Below are positions 47,469 to 57,563 of a stretch of DNA of 64,000 nucleotides, piece by piece. The notes below the pieces were generated by a model. The model ran no database searches and was not told the origin of the DNA. It saw only the letters and a program-made list of their open reading frames with translations. Numbering within the stretch: the stretch's first letter is position 1; every line of letters begins with the position of its first letter. Origin of the DNA: a virus (taxonomy: Duplodnaviria > Caudoviricetes); IMG/VR virus record IMGVR_UViG_3300031993_000053, positions 9,502 through 73,501 of that record, one strand, 5' to 3'. Both the position numbers and the translations under genes were made by a program.

Positions 47469-49022
47469 TCACCCTATAATTAAAGTGCAAATTATATTAC
47501 CACTTTCTATTGTATAACTAAAACTAGCAGTAGTATAATGAAAATATGTAACAGGAAGAATACAATAATTTTCACCATTATCTTCAAGTCCATCAACTGT
47601 CATAGATTGTGCTATATAACTAGTTGTATTTAAATCGGCTTGTTGTAATTCTGTTATAACATCATTATTTATTAACTTTTGACCAATTTGAATATTATTT
47701 AAATAATTAATTAATATAGTTTTAATATATTCTTCTTGCTCATTTTCAGCTAAATAATTTACATAAGTTATCTTTTTACCGCTATCAGTTGTTAATGAAC
47801 TATTAGTATATAATGAATCACCAGCAGCAAGATTAGTGCTACTATATAATTTAGTAGTTCCATCATCATTTGTCCATGATAAATATCCTGTACCATTTCC
47901 ATATAAAACATATTTAACACTTGGATTTGAATCATCAATTATAAAACTTACATTATATCTTGGCAAGCACATATATTTTATTATAATATCATTATTTTCT
48001 GGACTACATTTTTTCCAATATATTGTATTGCCTTCGACCGTTTTGCTTGTTGCAATTCCAGTTGTTGTTCCGCTTGCGCTTTGAGTTATAACACCTGGAG
48101 TCAATCTATTATTTATAATTTGTGCAATTTCATCCTCATCAATAATTGTATTTGGCTTATATCTTAATGCAATATATACATTATGACCAGCAACTGTAAT
48201 AGTTCCATCAGTCATATCATCAATATTAGCTGTTGGAGATGCTGAATTATTACTAAATATATAACAATCATCAATATATTCTAAATTATATAAAGCAGAA
48301 AATAGTCCTTCTTTAGTTGTATAACTATTTATACCAGACATTCTTTTTTGTCTTAATCTAAGTGAAGTATCAGATTCCGCAATATTGCCTGGAACTGCGT
48401 CTTCTGCTTGATATATTTTATATGTTCCATAAGTCATTAATATAAACGAACCATTATTTTGGTTAAAAGTAAGGCTGTTCCATGCAATATCAGTTACGGG
48501 GTCAGTTATACTTTGCCCCGTACCAGCAGCAGTAATTGGCCCAAATTCATCACAAATAAAAGTTTGTAATGTAATTTCTTCATTAGCAAGAGTTATATTA
48601 TTTGATGGTGTAAAAGTCCAAATATAACCATTTGTATCTTGCACTTGAATATTATTATTACGTAAAATTGTTACACTATTACCGCTAACATTTTTAATAT
48701 AAATGTTAACTTTTGATTGACTTGCTGGTTTTCTTTTAATATTAGTAAGTTGACACAATATATCTAAATATTGTCCAATAGCAGTATTAGGATTTAGATT
48801 ATTAGCAATATTTCCAAGAAGACTATACATATTATCAAATATTAAAGTTTCCATCATTAAATATTGAGCATCAGCTGATGCTGCATTTAAATCAATATCA
48901 CTTCCATATATATCTCTCATTTTATCAGAAAGAATTTTTACCATCTCTCTTTGGCTAGCTCTTTGAAATCCATTAGTTGGACTAATAATTGCTAATTGAT
49001 CATATGTAAATTGTTTTGCCAT
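47469..49022 (-). CDS. baseplate J-like protein
   Basis: A.GQYLD.L......R..A..S.V; ESD..LR.R; NN. Confidence 0.85.
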   Translation of the reverse strand: MAKQFTYDQLAIISPTNGFQRASQREMVKILSDKMRDIYGSDIDLNAASADAQYLMMETLIFDNMYSLLGNIANNLNPNTAIGQYLDILCQLTNIKRKPASQSKVNIYIKNVSGNSVTILRNNNIQVQDTNGYIWTFTPSNNITLANEEITLQTFICDEFGPITAAGTGQSITDPVTDIAWNSLTFNQNNGSFILMTYGTYKIYQAEDAVPGNIAESDTSLRLRQKRMSGINSYTTKEGLFSALYNLEYIDDCYIFSNNSASPTANIDDMTDGTITVAGHNVYIALRYKPNTIIDEDEIAQIINNRLTPGVITQSASGTTTGIATSKTVEGNTIYWKKCSPENNDIIIKYMCLPRYNVSFIIDDSNPSVKYVLYGNGTGYLSWTNDDGTTKLYSSTNLAAGDSLYTNSSLTTDSGKKITYVNYLAENEQEEYIKTILINYLNNIQIGQKLINNDVITELQQADLNTTSYIAQSMTVDGLEDNGENYCILPVTYFHYTTASFSYTIESGNIICTLIIG

Positions 49023-49031
49023 AATCTCCTC

Positions 49032-49760
49032 CTATAAATTGACTATAAATAGATAGCCATACATATTATCAGACATGCTAAAATTAGAATTTCCGCTCCA
49101 AATAGTTAATGTATGATTATCATTATTATATTTATAATTGATCGTTGTTGTTACAACTGATCCAAGTTCTCCTTCTTCATATATAAATGTGCCAACAGTT
49201 TTATAAGTTATATCATGATTTAATCTATATAAAGTTATTAAAGTATTACAATATCCAAAAGTAAATACTCCAAGTCCTTGATTTTTAACTAAATCAACAT
49301 TACTAAATACAAACCTATTACTATCGCTCTTAGTTACGCCTAATAATTTTGGTCCTAATTGAACACTATTTGTACTTACTAATACTGCTGAAGATTTACT
49401 ATGTAATGAAGGATTTAAATTTTTAATTGGATTATTTTTACTAGTTTTTAAATTAACATCAAAATTTAAATCAGTATAAATAACTGTAACAATTTGATCA
49501 TCTATAAAATTTTCTTCTTTAAAATAATAACATTGTTGAAGTCTTGAATTTTCATTTTTGCTAAGTGGAAGAGGAATAATATTAATTAATCCATATCCAG
49601 TATCAGAATCAAACTCTTTAACAACACCCTTAAATAAAGCAATTGTTGCAACATGTAATTCATTTTTAAATGACTGCTTAAATAAATTTAAGACATCAAC
49701 AAGACTCGTAGTTTGGTCAAGCCTATTACTATTTTTTATAATAATTTCTTCATTATTCAT
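49032..49760 (-). CDS. baseplate spike (Gp138-like N-terminal OB fold)
   Basis: LHVATIA....V..FD....; V.V.YTDL...; LHSKS.A. Confidence 0.65.
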   Translation of the reverse strand: MNNEEIIIKNSNRLDQTTSLVDVLNLFKQSFKNELHVATIALFKGVVKEFDSDTGYGLINIIPLPLSKNENSRLQQCYYFKEENFIDDQIVTVIYTDLNFDVNLKTSKNNPIKNLNPSLHSKSSAVLVSTNSVQLGPKLLGVTKSDSNRFVFSNVDLVKNQGLGVFTFGYCNTLITLYRLNHDITYKTVGTFIYEEGELGSVVTTTINYKYNNDNHTLTIWSGNSNFSMSDNMYGYLFIVNL

Positions 49761-50815
49761 TATACTGCACCTCCAGTCACACCAGTTAAAATTTCAAGTG
49801 CAACAGCAGTGATAGCTAATTCAAATGTCTGGCCTCTATTTTGAAAATGATAATTAATTGTTCTTATCATATATTGTCCTGTTGGGCTAAAGAAGTTAGC
49901 ATTAAAAGTTGATGTAACATCTTCTGCATTTTGAATAGAGGCATCTAATAATTCATTTGGAAAAATAATAATATCACCAGGTTTAAAATTTATCATTGGA
50001 AGAAGTGATGCTTTAAGACCAGCAGATGATATAGTAGGATTTCCTTTTGTAAGAATTATCATATTAGGATCAATTGCAATTTTTCTTTTATCAGCAATAG
50101 TAGTACAATCAATATAAAAATCGTCATCGCTTGCATCTGTTGATAAATAAAAGTCTTGATTAGATTGTGCTGCAAGTTGTTCTACTAAATTACCAACTTG
50201 CCCATTTAAATTTTCAACTTCTTTTGTAAAATAATATCTAAGAGATGGACTAATTTTTATTTTATCCATACCAGATTGATCTGATAAATATTTAATTGCA
50301 GCATAAATATTAATTCCAGAATTAAGCGATAAATTAATTCTTGATTGACTAAACTTTGCAACATATGAACTAGCATAAGTTATATAAGTATCAGTATCTT
50401 TTCGTGTGTTAATTTTTTGTGATATATAACTAACTTCACCTTTAAAATATCGCTCTGGTTCAATATCTTTTCCATACCCAGCATAAATTTCTATATCATA
50501 AAATTTACCTGCAACAAGTAAAATTAATAAATCATAAGGCATATTAGTAATTGTAACCGTGCCTTTATCTTTATTTAGTGCTAAATTTTTTGAGCCAGTA
50601 ATAGAAATATTAAGTTCAGGATTACCATTTTTAAATATAATCTCTTCTCCATTTATTTGCGACCTTAATACAACTTTAATATTTCTAATCCAAGTAGTTC
50701 TAAGCAAACTTTTCTTATCAATTGATTCTGCTAATACAGCTTTATCAAGTGAATTTTTTGTTTTAGTCTTTCCTTTAAAACCACCACCATCATCAAAAAT
50801 AATTTCATCTTTCAT
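49760..50815 (-). CDS. baseplate hub protein
   Basis: I.I.AGY......F.GE; N...LT.G.P......GL....LLP....PG. Confidence 0.7.
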   Translation of the reverse strand: MKDEIIFDDGGGFKGKTKTKNSLDKAVLAESIDKKSLLRTTWIRNIKVVLRSQINGEEIIFKNGNPELNISITGSKNLALNKDKGTVTITNMPYDLLILLVAGKFYDIEIYAGYGKDIEPERYFKGEVSYISQKINTRKDTDTYITYASSYVAKFSQSRINLSLNSGINIYAAIKYLSDQSGMDKIKISPSLRYYFTKEVENLNGQVGNLVEQLAAQSNQDFYLSTDASDDDFYIDCTTIADKRKIAIDPNMIILTKGNPTISSAGLKASLLPMINFKPGDIIIFPNELLDASIQNAEDVTSTFNANFFSPTGQYMIRTINYHFQNRGQTFELAITAVALEILTGVTGGAV

Positions 50816-50817
50816 AA

Positions 50818-52812
50818 TTAAGCCTCAAGTCTCGAAACATATTTTGATATAGTATCTTTTAAATTATTTTTAACAGTTTCAAAAGATCCATAGCTTACTA
50901 TTAGCATACAATTATTAATATTTGACGCTTCAATAATTGAACTAGTATAGCTAAGAGTAGTTTTAGATAAAAGATCATTTGTTGTATCGCTCCATGTTTC
51001 CATATAATTTTGAATAGTTACACTTAATACATCTGCTTCTAAAGCTGGATTATATAAATGAATTTCATATGTTCCAGTTTTATCAACAAATATGGCTTCA
51101 TCACTTGTAACAGAATCTAAGCTCGTACAAGTAAGAGTTCTATCATACGCATTTCTTAAGCTACCATTTGATCCATCTAAATTATCCCATGTATTTCCAG
51201 TTGTATTATATATTTGTGGAGCACATTCTAAATATTCTATTTTAAATTGTTGTTCTTTCCATACTTTATCTTTACTTAAATATTTAACCGTTTCATATTT
51301 ATATTTTTTAGTAAAAGTTAATTTATAAGCATTGCCACCAATATTAATTTGACATTCAGTAGATGGAGTTTCAGACATATCTGGAAGTTGATAAAAACGG
51401 CAATTATTAGCAACTTGATTTAATGTAATATTACATTCATTTAAGAAAGTTTTTAATCTTCCAAGTTCATTATAATTTAATTTAGTAGTATCTTTACTCA
51501 TTGCTAAAAAGATTTCTTGCTTTTTGGTATCATCTAATATATATCCATAACCACCTGATCCACTACTTGTATATCCATAGTCAACAGTTATATTATATTT
51601 TCTAGCAATTTTAGCCCATTCATTATCACTTATTCTATTACCTGGTTCTAACCAATTTTTAAGCCCGTCAATAATTTTAAATCGTTTTTGTTCTTGCCGA
51701 ACAGCAGTAATAATTATGCCTGTTACAAGAATACAAATTCCTACTGCTATACCAACAATTAAACCAATTGGTCCTGCGCTTGAACTTGCTGCTGCAGTAG
51801 TTCCAGCTACACCTAAATACGTTGCAAGAGCTCCAACACTAGTAATTACTGACGCCGCAGCAAGACCAGCCATTGTACCACCAATTACACCCATAATAGC
51901 GCTTGATCCAATATTTCCAGCTGTATCAAGACCCGCTCTTTTTAAGGCCGCTTTAATATACTCTTCTAAATAAAGAGGGTCATTTTTAGCTATTTGGGTA
52001 AGAATAGCTGAATAAGATTTATCTTGTGTCTTATAATAAATAGATGAATCTGTTTGAATTTGTTCTGCAAATAAAGTTGCTGCAACAACAGTTGATCTAT
52101 TTATAAAAGTATGTGATTGGCATAAAGTATTTAATATAACTTTATCCCAAAAAGATAGCACATCTTCTTCACTTACCATCTTACCAAATAAAATATCACC
52201 TAAATTTTGAGCAACTGGTGAAGCAAGACTTGCCTCATTATCTTCTGCAATTTCTATATTGATATCACTTAAATCATAATTAAGTGAAATAATTTCTTTA
52301 AATGAAAATGAATAGGCCATTGATGATTCAGACTCTTTCCATGTAATTGATTCAAGCGCCATTTGCGGTCTAACTTTGAATCTTGTTGCACCTTTTTCAC
52401 CTTCAATATAAGTCATCAAATCACATAGTATGCCATTGTCTTTTATATATTCAAACGTCTTTTGAATATTTTCAAGACGGTCACCATTTTCATTAGTTCC
52501 AGGGACATAGGCATATGAATCCATAGTATTTCTTTCATATCCATATACACTAAATGATCCAGAAATAGAATAAGTATCTGGATCTCTATACATATGATCT
52601 GATAATGTATCACCATTAAAAATTGGCTGGCTAGCAATTTTTGCACTTGCTGTAAGATCACGTTCTGATATTGTATCTAAATGTAATATAATATCTCTAT
52701 ATCTAGTTTTTTCTGTTTTTCTTTCTGTAGTCCCACTATTAGTATTAGAAAGATTAACATCAATATTTTCAGGGAGACTACATTTTATGACTAATTCAAA
52801 TCCTCTACTCAT
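50818..52812 (-). CDS. Dit-like/tail initiator protein with internal hydrophobic hairpin
   Basis: I.SQPI..G..LSDH....P...SISG N-terminal Dit-like domain; about 60-aa Gly/Ala hydrophobic stretch. Confidence 0.6.
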   Translation of the reverse strand: MSRGFELVIKCSLPENIDVNLSNTNSGTTERKTEKTRYRDIILHLDTISERDLTASAKIASQPIFNGDTLSDHMYRDPDTYSISGSFSVYGYERNTMDSYAYVPGTNENGDRLENIQKTFEYIKDNGILCDLMTYIEGEKGATRFKVRPQMALESITWKESESSMAYSFSFKEIISLNYDLSDINIEIAEDNEASLASPVAQNLGDILFGKMVSEEDVLSFWDKVILNTLCQSHTFINRSTVVAATLFAEQIQTDSSIYYKTQDKSYSAILTQIAKNDPLYLEEYIKAALKRAGLDTAGNIGSSAIMGVIGGTMAGLAAASVITSVGALATYLGVAGTTAAASSSAGPIGLIVGIAVGICILVTGIIITAVRQEQKRFKIIDGLKNWLEPGNRISDNEWAKIARKYNITVDYGYTSSGSGGYGYILDDTKKQEIFLAMSKDTTKLNYNELGRLKTFLNECNITLNQVANNCRFYQLPDMSETPSTECQINIGGNAYKLTFTKKYKYETVKYLSKDKVWKEQQFKIEYLECAPQIYNTTGNTWDNLDGSNGSLRNAYDRTLTCTSLDSVTSDEAIFVDKTGTYEIHLYNPALEADVLSVTIQNYMETWSDTTNDLLSKTTLSYTSSIIEASNINNCMLIVSYGSFETVKNNLKDTISKYVSRLEA

Positions 52813-54152
52813 GATATATCTCCTATTGCAAGTGCAACTTCTTTCATTGCTTTTTCATTATTAGATTCAAACACTTCATTCCATTCATTAGTATCAACAC
52901 CAGAGACATTATTGCTTTGTGTAACATTAATATTAACTGTTTTGCCTCCACTTGCAGCAGAATAAGATAGTCTATCGGACATAACCCCGACACCTACCGC
53001 ATCAGCTGAATTTGCTGATTTTCCAGCTCCAAAAAAGTTAACTAGCGCTGATACAGCTTGCATTAATTGCATCATAACATTTGCAGTGGTTTTAATAAAA
53101 GTAAATATTGCATCTTTATTCTTTGCGAACCATGTTAAAAATTCCATTGCAATCTTTTGCTTGAACATATCAAATTCTAATTGGAATTGTTGGACTTCTC
53201 TTAACACTCCATTTTGATTCATTTGTTCATACCAATTTTGGTATTTATTCATTAGCTCTTGGAACATTGCTCGCTGTTGAACATTCATATACATCAAGTC
53301 TTCTTCATTTGACATATTTAACATGCCCATTGTTCTAGTTAAGGCATAATTTTGACTTGCTGATATGCCGTATCGCATTTGTTGTTCACGAGCGGCCGCA
53401 TTAGTAAACAAACTTGTTCCCATTGAATAAGTTGCCATACCACCTTGCTTACTAAGTTCTGAACCAACTCGATTCATAACATCATTTAACATACTCTTAA
53501 ATGATAAGTCTATGCCCATAGTTGTTTTTAACATATCATTGAACTTACCAGCAATTTTTTTAACCTTATCAAATATGGCTTGAACAACCATTATTGCAAT
53601 TTGGCCTTTTGCATATTGTTTATTTGCTGCACTTGCACCAAATTTATCTTTATTTATTTGATATCTATGTTCATTAAGGTCGGATAAATTTCCGAACACT
53701 GATTTTCTATTTTTAAATAAGTCTTGAATAGCTCCAGCAGTTTTAGAATGAGTTTCAGCCTCTTTAGCTTTTTGCTCTTTTTCTTTTTCTTTAGCTTCTG
53801 CTTCTCGCTCTTCATCAGTTTTTAGTAATTCTTTATTTGCTTCTATTTGAGCTTTTAGCTCTTTGGCTTGTGCTTTTAAAAGCTCCAAGCGTTTTTGACC
53901 GATTTTGGTTTCACCAGTTCCAGTCATTTTAATCGCATTTATAGCTTGATTAATTGATTTATATTGTTTTTCTAATTTATTAGCATTATTTAAATAATTT
54001 TTAATTTGATTTCCAATTGTCTTAATATTTTTTTCATCTAAAATATTAGTTTTGCCTAACGCTTTAAAAGATTTTTGGAGGTCAGCAATATCTTTCATGA
54101 CTTTCCCAGCATTAGTTTTTATATCAATTTCAGCTGTAACTTTTTTTGCCAT
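52809..54152 (-). CDS. tape measure protein (short, 447 aa)
   Basis: Helical; follows tail-assembly chaperones. Confidence 0.7.
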   Translation of the reverse strand: MAKKVTAEIDIKTNAGKVMKDIADLQKSFKALGKTNILDEKNIKTIGNQIKNYLNNANKLEKQYKSINQAINAIKMTGTGETKIGQKRLELLKAQAKELKAQIEANKELLKTDEEREAEAKEKEKEQKAKEAETHSKTAGAIQDLFKNRKSVFGNLSDLNEHRYQINKDKFGASAANKQYAKGQIAIMVVQAIFDKVKKIAGKFNDMLKTTMGIDLSFKSMLNDVMNRVGSELSKQGGMATYSMGTSLFTNAAAREQQMRYGISASQNYALTRTMGMLNMSNEEDLMYMNVQQRAMFQELMNKYQNWYEQMNQNGVLREVQQFQLEFDMFKQKIAMEFLTWFAKNKDAIFTFIKTTANVMMQLMQAVSALVNFFGAGKSANSADAVGVGVMSDRLSYSAASGGKTVNINVTQSNNVSGVDTNEWNEVFESNNEKAMKEVALAIGDIS

Positions 54153-54172
54153 AATTTACTGACCTCCAATCT

Positions 54173-54415
54173 TTATTTATTATCTAAAATTATTTGTTTA
54201 TTATATAATGTTACCATTGCAACTTCATATAAATTTAAAACGTCATCAATATCCAAAACATTTTTTATTTCATTATAAGTTGCAAACTTATTAGTAATCA
54301 GCATATATATAATAGGATGAACACCTTTTGCTTTATGCAATTTCAAATCGTCTCCAGCTGGACTTATATAGTGTTCATTAGTTATTTGCTGGATTCTTGA
54401 AAAAGTGGTTTTAAA
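54173..54415 (-). CDS. tail assembly chaperone GT extension via -1 frameshift
   Basis: Slippery T-TTA-AAA at 54409-54415; -1 frame open to ...ATYNEIKNVLDIDDVLNLYEVAMVTLYNK...*; no own ATG/RBS near its start. Confidence 0.75.
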   Translation of the reverse strand, partial: FKTTFSRIQQITNEHYISPAGDDLKLHKAKGVHPIIYMLITNKFATYNEIKNVLDIDDVLNLYEVAMVTLYNKQIILDNK

Positions 54416-54696
54416 ATATTACCAAAAAACCATTCAATAATTTGGTTCATTGCAAGAAGGTTAGTTTCAATGTTTTCAGGCATATATACATCTCGACCAG
54501 GAATTTTAACTTTGAACCACTTATCATTAATTTGGACTTCTGTATTTTCTAATATAAAAGAATAAATTTCTTTTGTCTTTTTAAAATTTTCTAAGTCCAT
54601 AGTTGTCGCAAGACTTAGTAAATCGACAGGTGAAATTTTAGCTGGCCTAAAAGATAATTCAGGAAGGGCTTCAATATTAAACACTTCTTGTTTCAT
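54382..54696 (-). CDS. tail assembly chaperone G
   Basis: Position before TMP; frameshift signal near 3' end. Confidence 0.7.
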   Translation of the reverse strand: MKQEVFNIEALPELSFRPAKISPVDLLSLATTMDLENFKKTKEIYSFILENTEVQINDKWFKVKIPGRDVYMPENIETNLLAMNQIIEWFFGNILKPLFQESSK

Positions 54697-54706
54697 ATTT
54701 CGCCTC

Positions 54707-55114
54707 TTAGTAAGCTAAGTCACCAGATTTTTTAGCTTCTGTAGCTTGTGGATCTTTATCAGCTTCAGCTTTCATTCTCTTATAATTAGCAATTTCAACA
54801 CCTAAACGTTTTTTAGCTTCTTCAGATTCTTTCTTAGTTGTCATACAATCAACAAGATCAGTTGGCACTTCTTCATATTCTTCACCAAGAGTTAAAATAC
54901 CGTTTTTAACAAGTGATTTAACTGAATCCCAATTCTTTAATTCATTTGGATAAACACCGATGCCTTTATGAACTAAAACTCTTGTTCCAACCCATGCTGA
55001 CTTAACATTTAAACGATCTGCAACGTGAGCATCTTTATTGCTCATATTAATTGATTGTAACCCTGCAGTAACAGCTACATCAATTTTACTTTGAATACGA
55101 ATGTAATTTTTCAT
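54707..55114 (-). CDS. hypothetical virion-module protein
   Basis: ORF track, GGAGG RBS. Confidence 0.65.
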   Translation of the reverse strand: MKNYIRIQSKIDVAVTAGLQSINMSNKDAHVADRLNVKSAWVGTRVLVHKGIGVYPNELKNWDSVKSLVKNGILTLGEEYEEVPTDLVDCMTTKKESEEAKKRLGVEIANYKRMKAEADKDPQATEAKKSGDLAY

Positions 55115-55131
55115 AATTTTTCTTGTCCTCC

Positions 55132-55392
55132 TTAAAATTCTTCGTTTTCTTCAAGTATATCAACTAGATAGACATGCATGACTTTTCCATTTAACATAGT
55201 AGTTCTATTTCCTGGTCTACGCAACGCTCTATAGAGTTCAATTTTAACTAAGTTATATGATGCTGGTGAATAGTCTAATTTTTTGTATTTACATATTTGA
55301 TGTATATTATCAAACATTGCTATTTGATATTCATCTGAGGCATCATAAAATACAATAACATACCTTCCTTTAAATAATTTTTCTTTCGCCAT
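55132..55392 (-). CDS. hypothetical protein
   Basis: ORF track, GAGG RBS. Confidence 0.6.
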   Translation of the reverse strand: MAKEKLFKGRYVIVFYDASDEYQIAMFDNIHQICKYKKLDYSPASYNLVKIELYRALRRPGNRTTMLNGKVMHVYLVDILEENEEF

Positions 55393-55395
55393 ATG

Positions 55396-57045
55396 TTATT
55401 CCTCAGGCGATTCCGTTTCACTTGTTTCTTCTATATTTTCATTAATTTCAGTTTGTTCTTGTTCTGGCGAAGCAGAACCAAGATCTTCACCTTGACCTTC
55501 TGCTTCAGGATTTAAATATTCCAATTTTTCTGGCATTTCACTTGATCCACCAAATTGACTTCCAACAATATCTCTTGGTGTATTTCCAGTTTTGCCAGCA
55601 TTCTTTAATATATCCAAAATTTGATATTCTTCTTCTAATTTTAACGCATTTAAATTTTCTTCAGTAAAGTTAATATTAACAACATCATTTTCCATAAAAT
55701 TTTTTATAGACATAGCTGTTTGATATTTTGATATAATTCCCATATCAGCTAACTTACTTAATAGTCCAACATAATTATTAATAGCTCCAACTTTATCATT
55801 ATTTTCTTCTTTTTTAATTAAGCTATTAAAATCAAAATCTGCTGGACCTTTTATATCATACATATAGAACAATACAATTAACAGCTTTTGAATAACTGGT
55901 CTTACATATGTATTGCATCTATTTGTAATTGTAACGCTATATCTTTTAAACGCATCAGACTCTTGACTAAGTCCACCTTTTAAATCACCATATAAAATGC
56001 CTTGCATTTCAAGTGCAGCTGAAATTAACCACATGTTCTTTTCAAGAAGTTCTGCCAAACCAGATATGCCTTGTAAATTAAATTGTTGATATGTATCATC
56101 TTTGTCTAGGAATGTTAATGAGTTCGATGATCGAGCCCAATTAACCATCTCTAGTCGTTTACGCAACTGCTCTTCATTACCAGAATCAGTTCCCATGAAG
56201 ACTCCGCGCATACCAGACATTTGAACGACTTCTATCAAGGCCTTATTGATTAAGCTTGTAATAGACGCTTTCAATTGGTCATCACGTGCAAGCTCATTTA
56301 TAATGTGAGCACCTTCAGCATAACCCCAACCTTGAAGTGGACCTGATTTAACAAGTTGTGGAGCAGTTCTGTGTTCATAGCGAAGCACATAGCTGTGGTG
56401 GACATTTAATGTCCTTCCATCCGCAAATGTGATGCTATACATCTTTGGTTTGCCAAAATCTATATCCTTCATATTTGTAACAGTATCGGTATTTGTTACA
56501 GCAACACCATACCATCTATCTGTTACATACATTCTCATTCTTGCACCTTTAATTTTTTCTCGCTTTAAAGGTTCAGCCATTTCTTCATCTGATACAGTAT
56601 CAAACATCATAACAGCAACCGAACCACCAAATAAAGCTCCCCACATTAAAAGGCGAATTAAATCTGATTTATAACGATCATATCCTTTATATATTTTTGA
56701 ATAGTCTTGATCGCCATGAATTGATATTCCGCAGTTAATTTCATCTTGTGCTGGTTTATCAATAGCTCTTCTAAATACCCATGAGTCATTATATAATGCA
56801 AGCCATAATGTCCAGTTTAAAGTATCATTATTAAATCCATATGTATTAAATGAGGCAATCTTATCGTCAGTACCAACAGATGTAATAATGTTACCATAAT
56901 GGTCTGAAATCGAAACAGTTTGAGATTTAGATGCTGTATCCCTGACAGCTTCTAATGTATCATGTAATTGGTCTTCTAAACAGTTGGATTTAAATCCTCT
57001 ATCAGCTTGAGCTGCATAACGAGCCAAATCTTCTTTTAATCCCAT
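55396..57045 (-). CDS. portal protein (DUF1073-like)
   Basis: LY..SW..RR.ID.PA.D; R...G..GGS; L....GL; LYG....GL. Confidence 0.9.
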   Translation of the reverse strand: MGLKEDLARYAAQADRGFKSNCLEDQLHDTLEAVRDTASKSQTVSISDHYGNIITSVGTDDKIASFNTYGFNNDTLNWTLWLALYNDSWVFRRAIDKPAQDEINCGISIHGDQDYSKIYKGYDRYKSDLIRLLMWGALFGGSVAVMMFDTVSDEEMAEPLKREKIKGARMRMYVTDRWYGVAVTNTDTVTNMKDIDFGKPKMYSITFADGRTLNVHHSYVLRYEHRTAPQLVKSGPLQGWGYAEGAHIINELARDDQLKASITSLINKALIEVVQMSGMRGVFMGTDSGNEEQLRKRLEMVNWARSSNSLTFLDKDDTYQQFNLQGISGLAELLEKNMWLISAALEMQGILYGDLKGGLSQESDAFKRYSVTITNRCNTYVRPVIQKLLIVLFYMYDIKGPADFDFNSLIKKEENNDKVGAINNYVGLLSKLADMGIISKYQTAMSIKNFMENDVVNINFTEENLNALKLEEEYQILDILKNAGKTGNTPRDIVGSQFGGSSEMPEKLEYLNPEAEGQGEDLGSASPEQEQTEINENIEETSETESPEE

Positions 57046-57056
57046 ATTTAATCACC

Positions 57057-57560
57057 TCATACTTTCCAACTTGTAGTCAAATTTATAAAATTTTCCATAG
57101 CTGAATAACTACTAAATTTAATATAAAAGTTTGTGCTTGATGGTTGATCTATTGAATATCTATATGTTGAAGATGGTAAAGCTGGAAAATGTAACCAAAG
57201 TGTATGGTCTTTAATTCCATCTTTTGCTACTAAATCATCGACAGATGCAGCTTGAATTTCACCAGTATAACTTCCACCTTGTCTAAACTCATAAACAACA
57301 TTTATTGTTCCTGCAGGATATGTAACAGTTAATCTATCAATATCAATAGTAGGAGTTCCAAATACAACTTCAACACTAATAACATTAGGAATCATATCAT
57401 GCGCAAAATCCCAATTGCTAAAATAATCACTTAAATAAGCAGCGCTTTTTGTTCCAGTTGTTTTTAATATTTCAGATATTCCAAATGTAATTTTTCTAAT
57501 TTTATTATCACCAAATTTAACAATACTATTTAATGAGCTACTTCCAAATTTTGCTGCCAT
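57057..57560 (-). CDS. tail-fibre-associated hypothetical protein
   Basis: Follows fibre-like gene. Confidence 0.5.
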   Translation of the reverse strand: MAAKFGSSSLNSIVKFGDNKIRKITFGISEILKTTGTKSAAYLSDYFSNWDFAHDMIPNVISVEVVFGTPTIDIDRLTVTYPAGTINVVYEFRQGGSYTGEIQAASVDDLVAKDGIKDHTLWLHFPALPSSTYRYSIDQPSSTNFYIKFSSYSAMENFINLTTSWKV

Positions 57561-57563
57561 AGT

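Noticed and set aside
3685-54278. Many short opposite-strand or overlapping ORFs in the track (e.g. 3685, 4226, 5349, 7114, 10287, 17596, 18264, 25778, 40596, 51716, 54075)
   Set aside because: Shadows of well-supported genes or the tRNA; no RBS; biased composition
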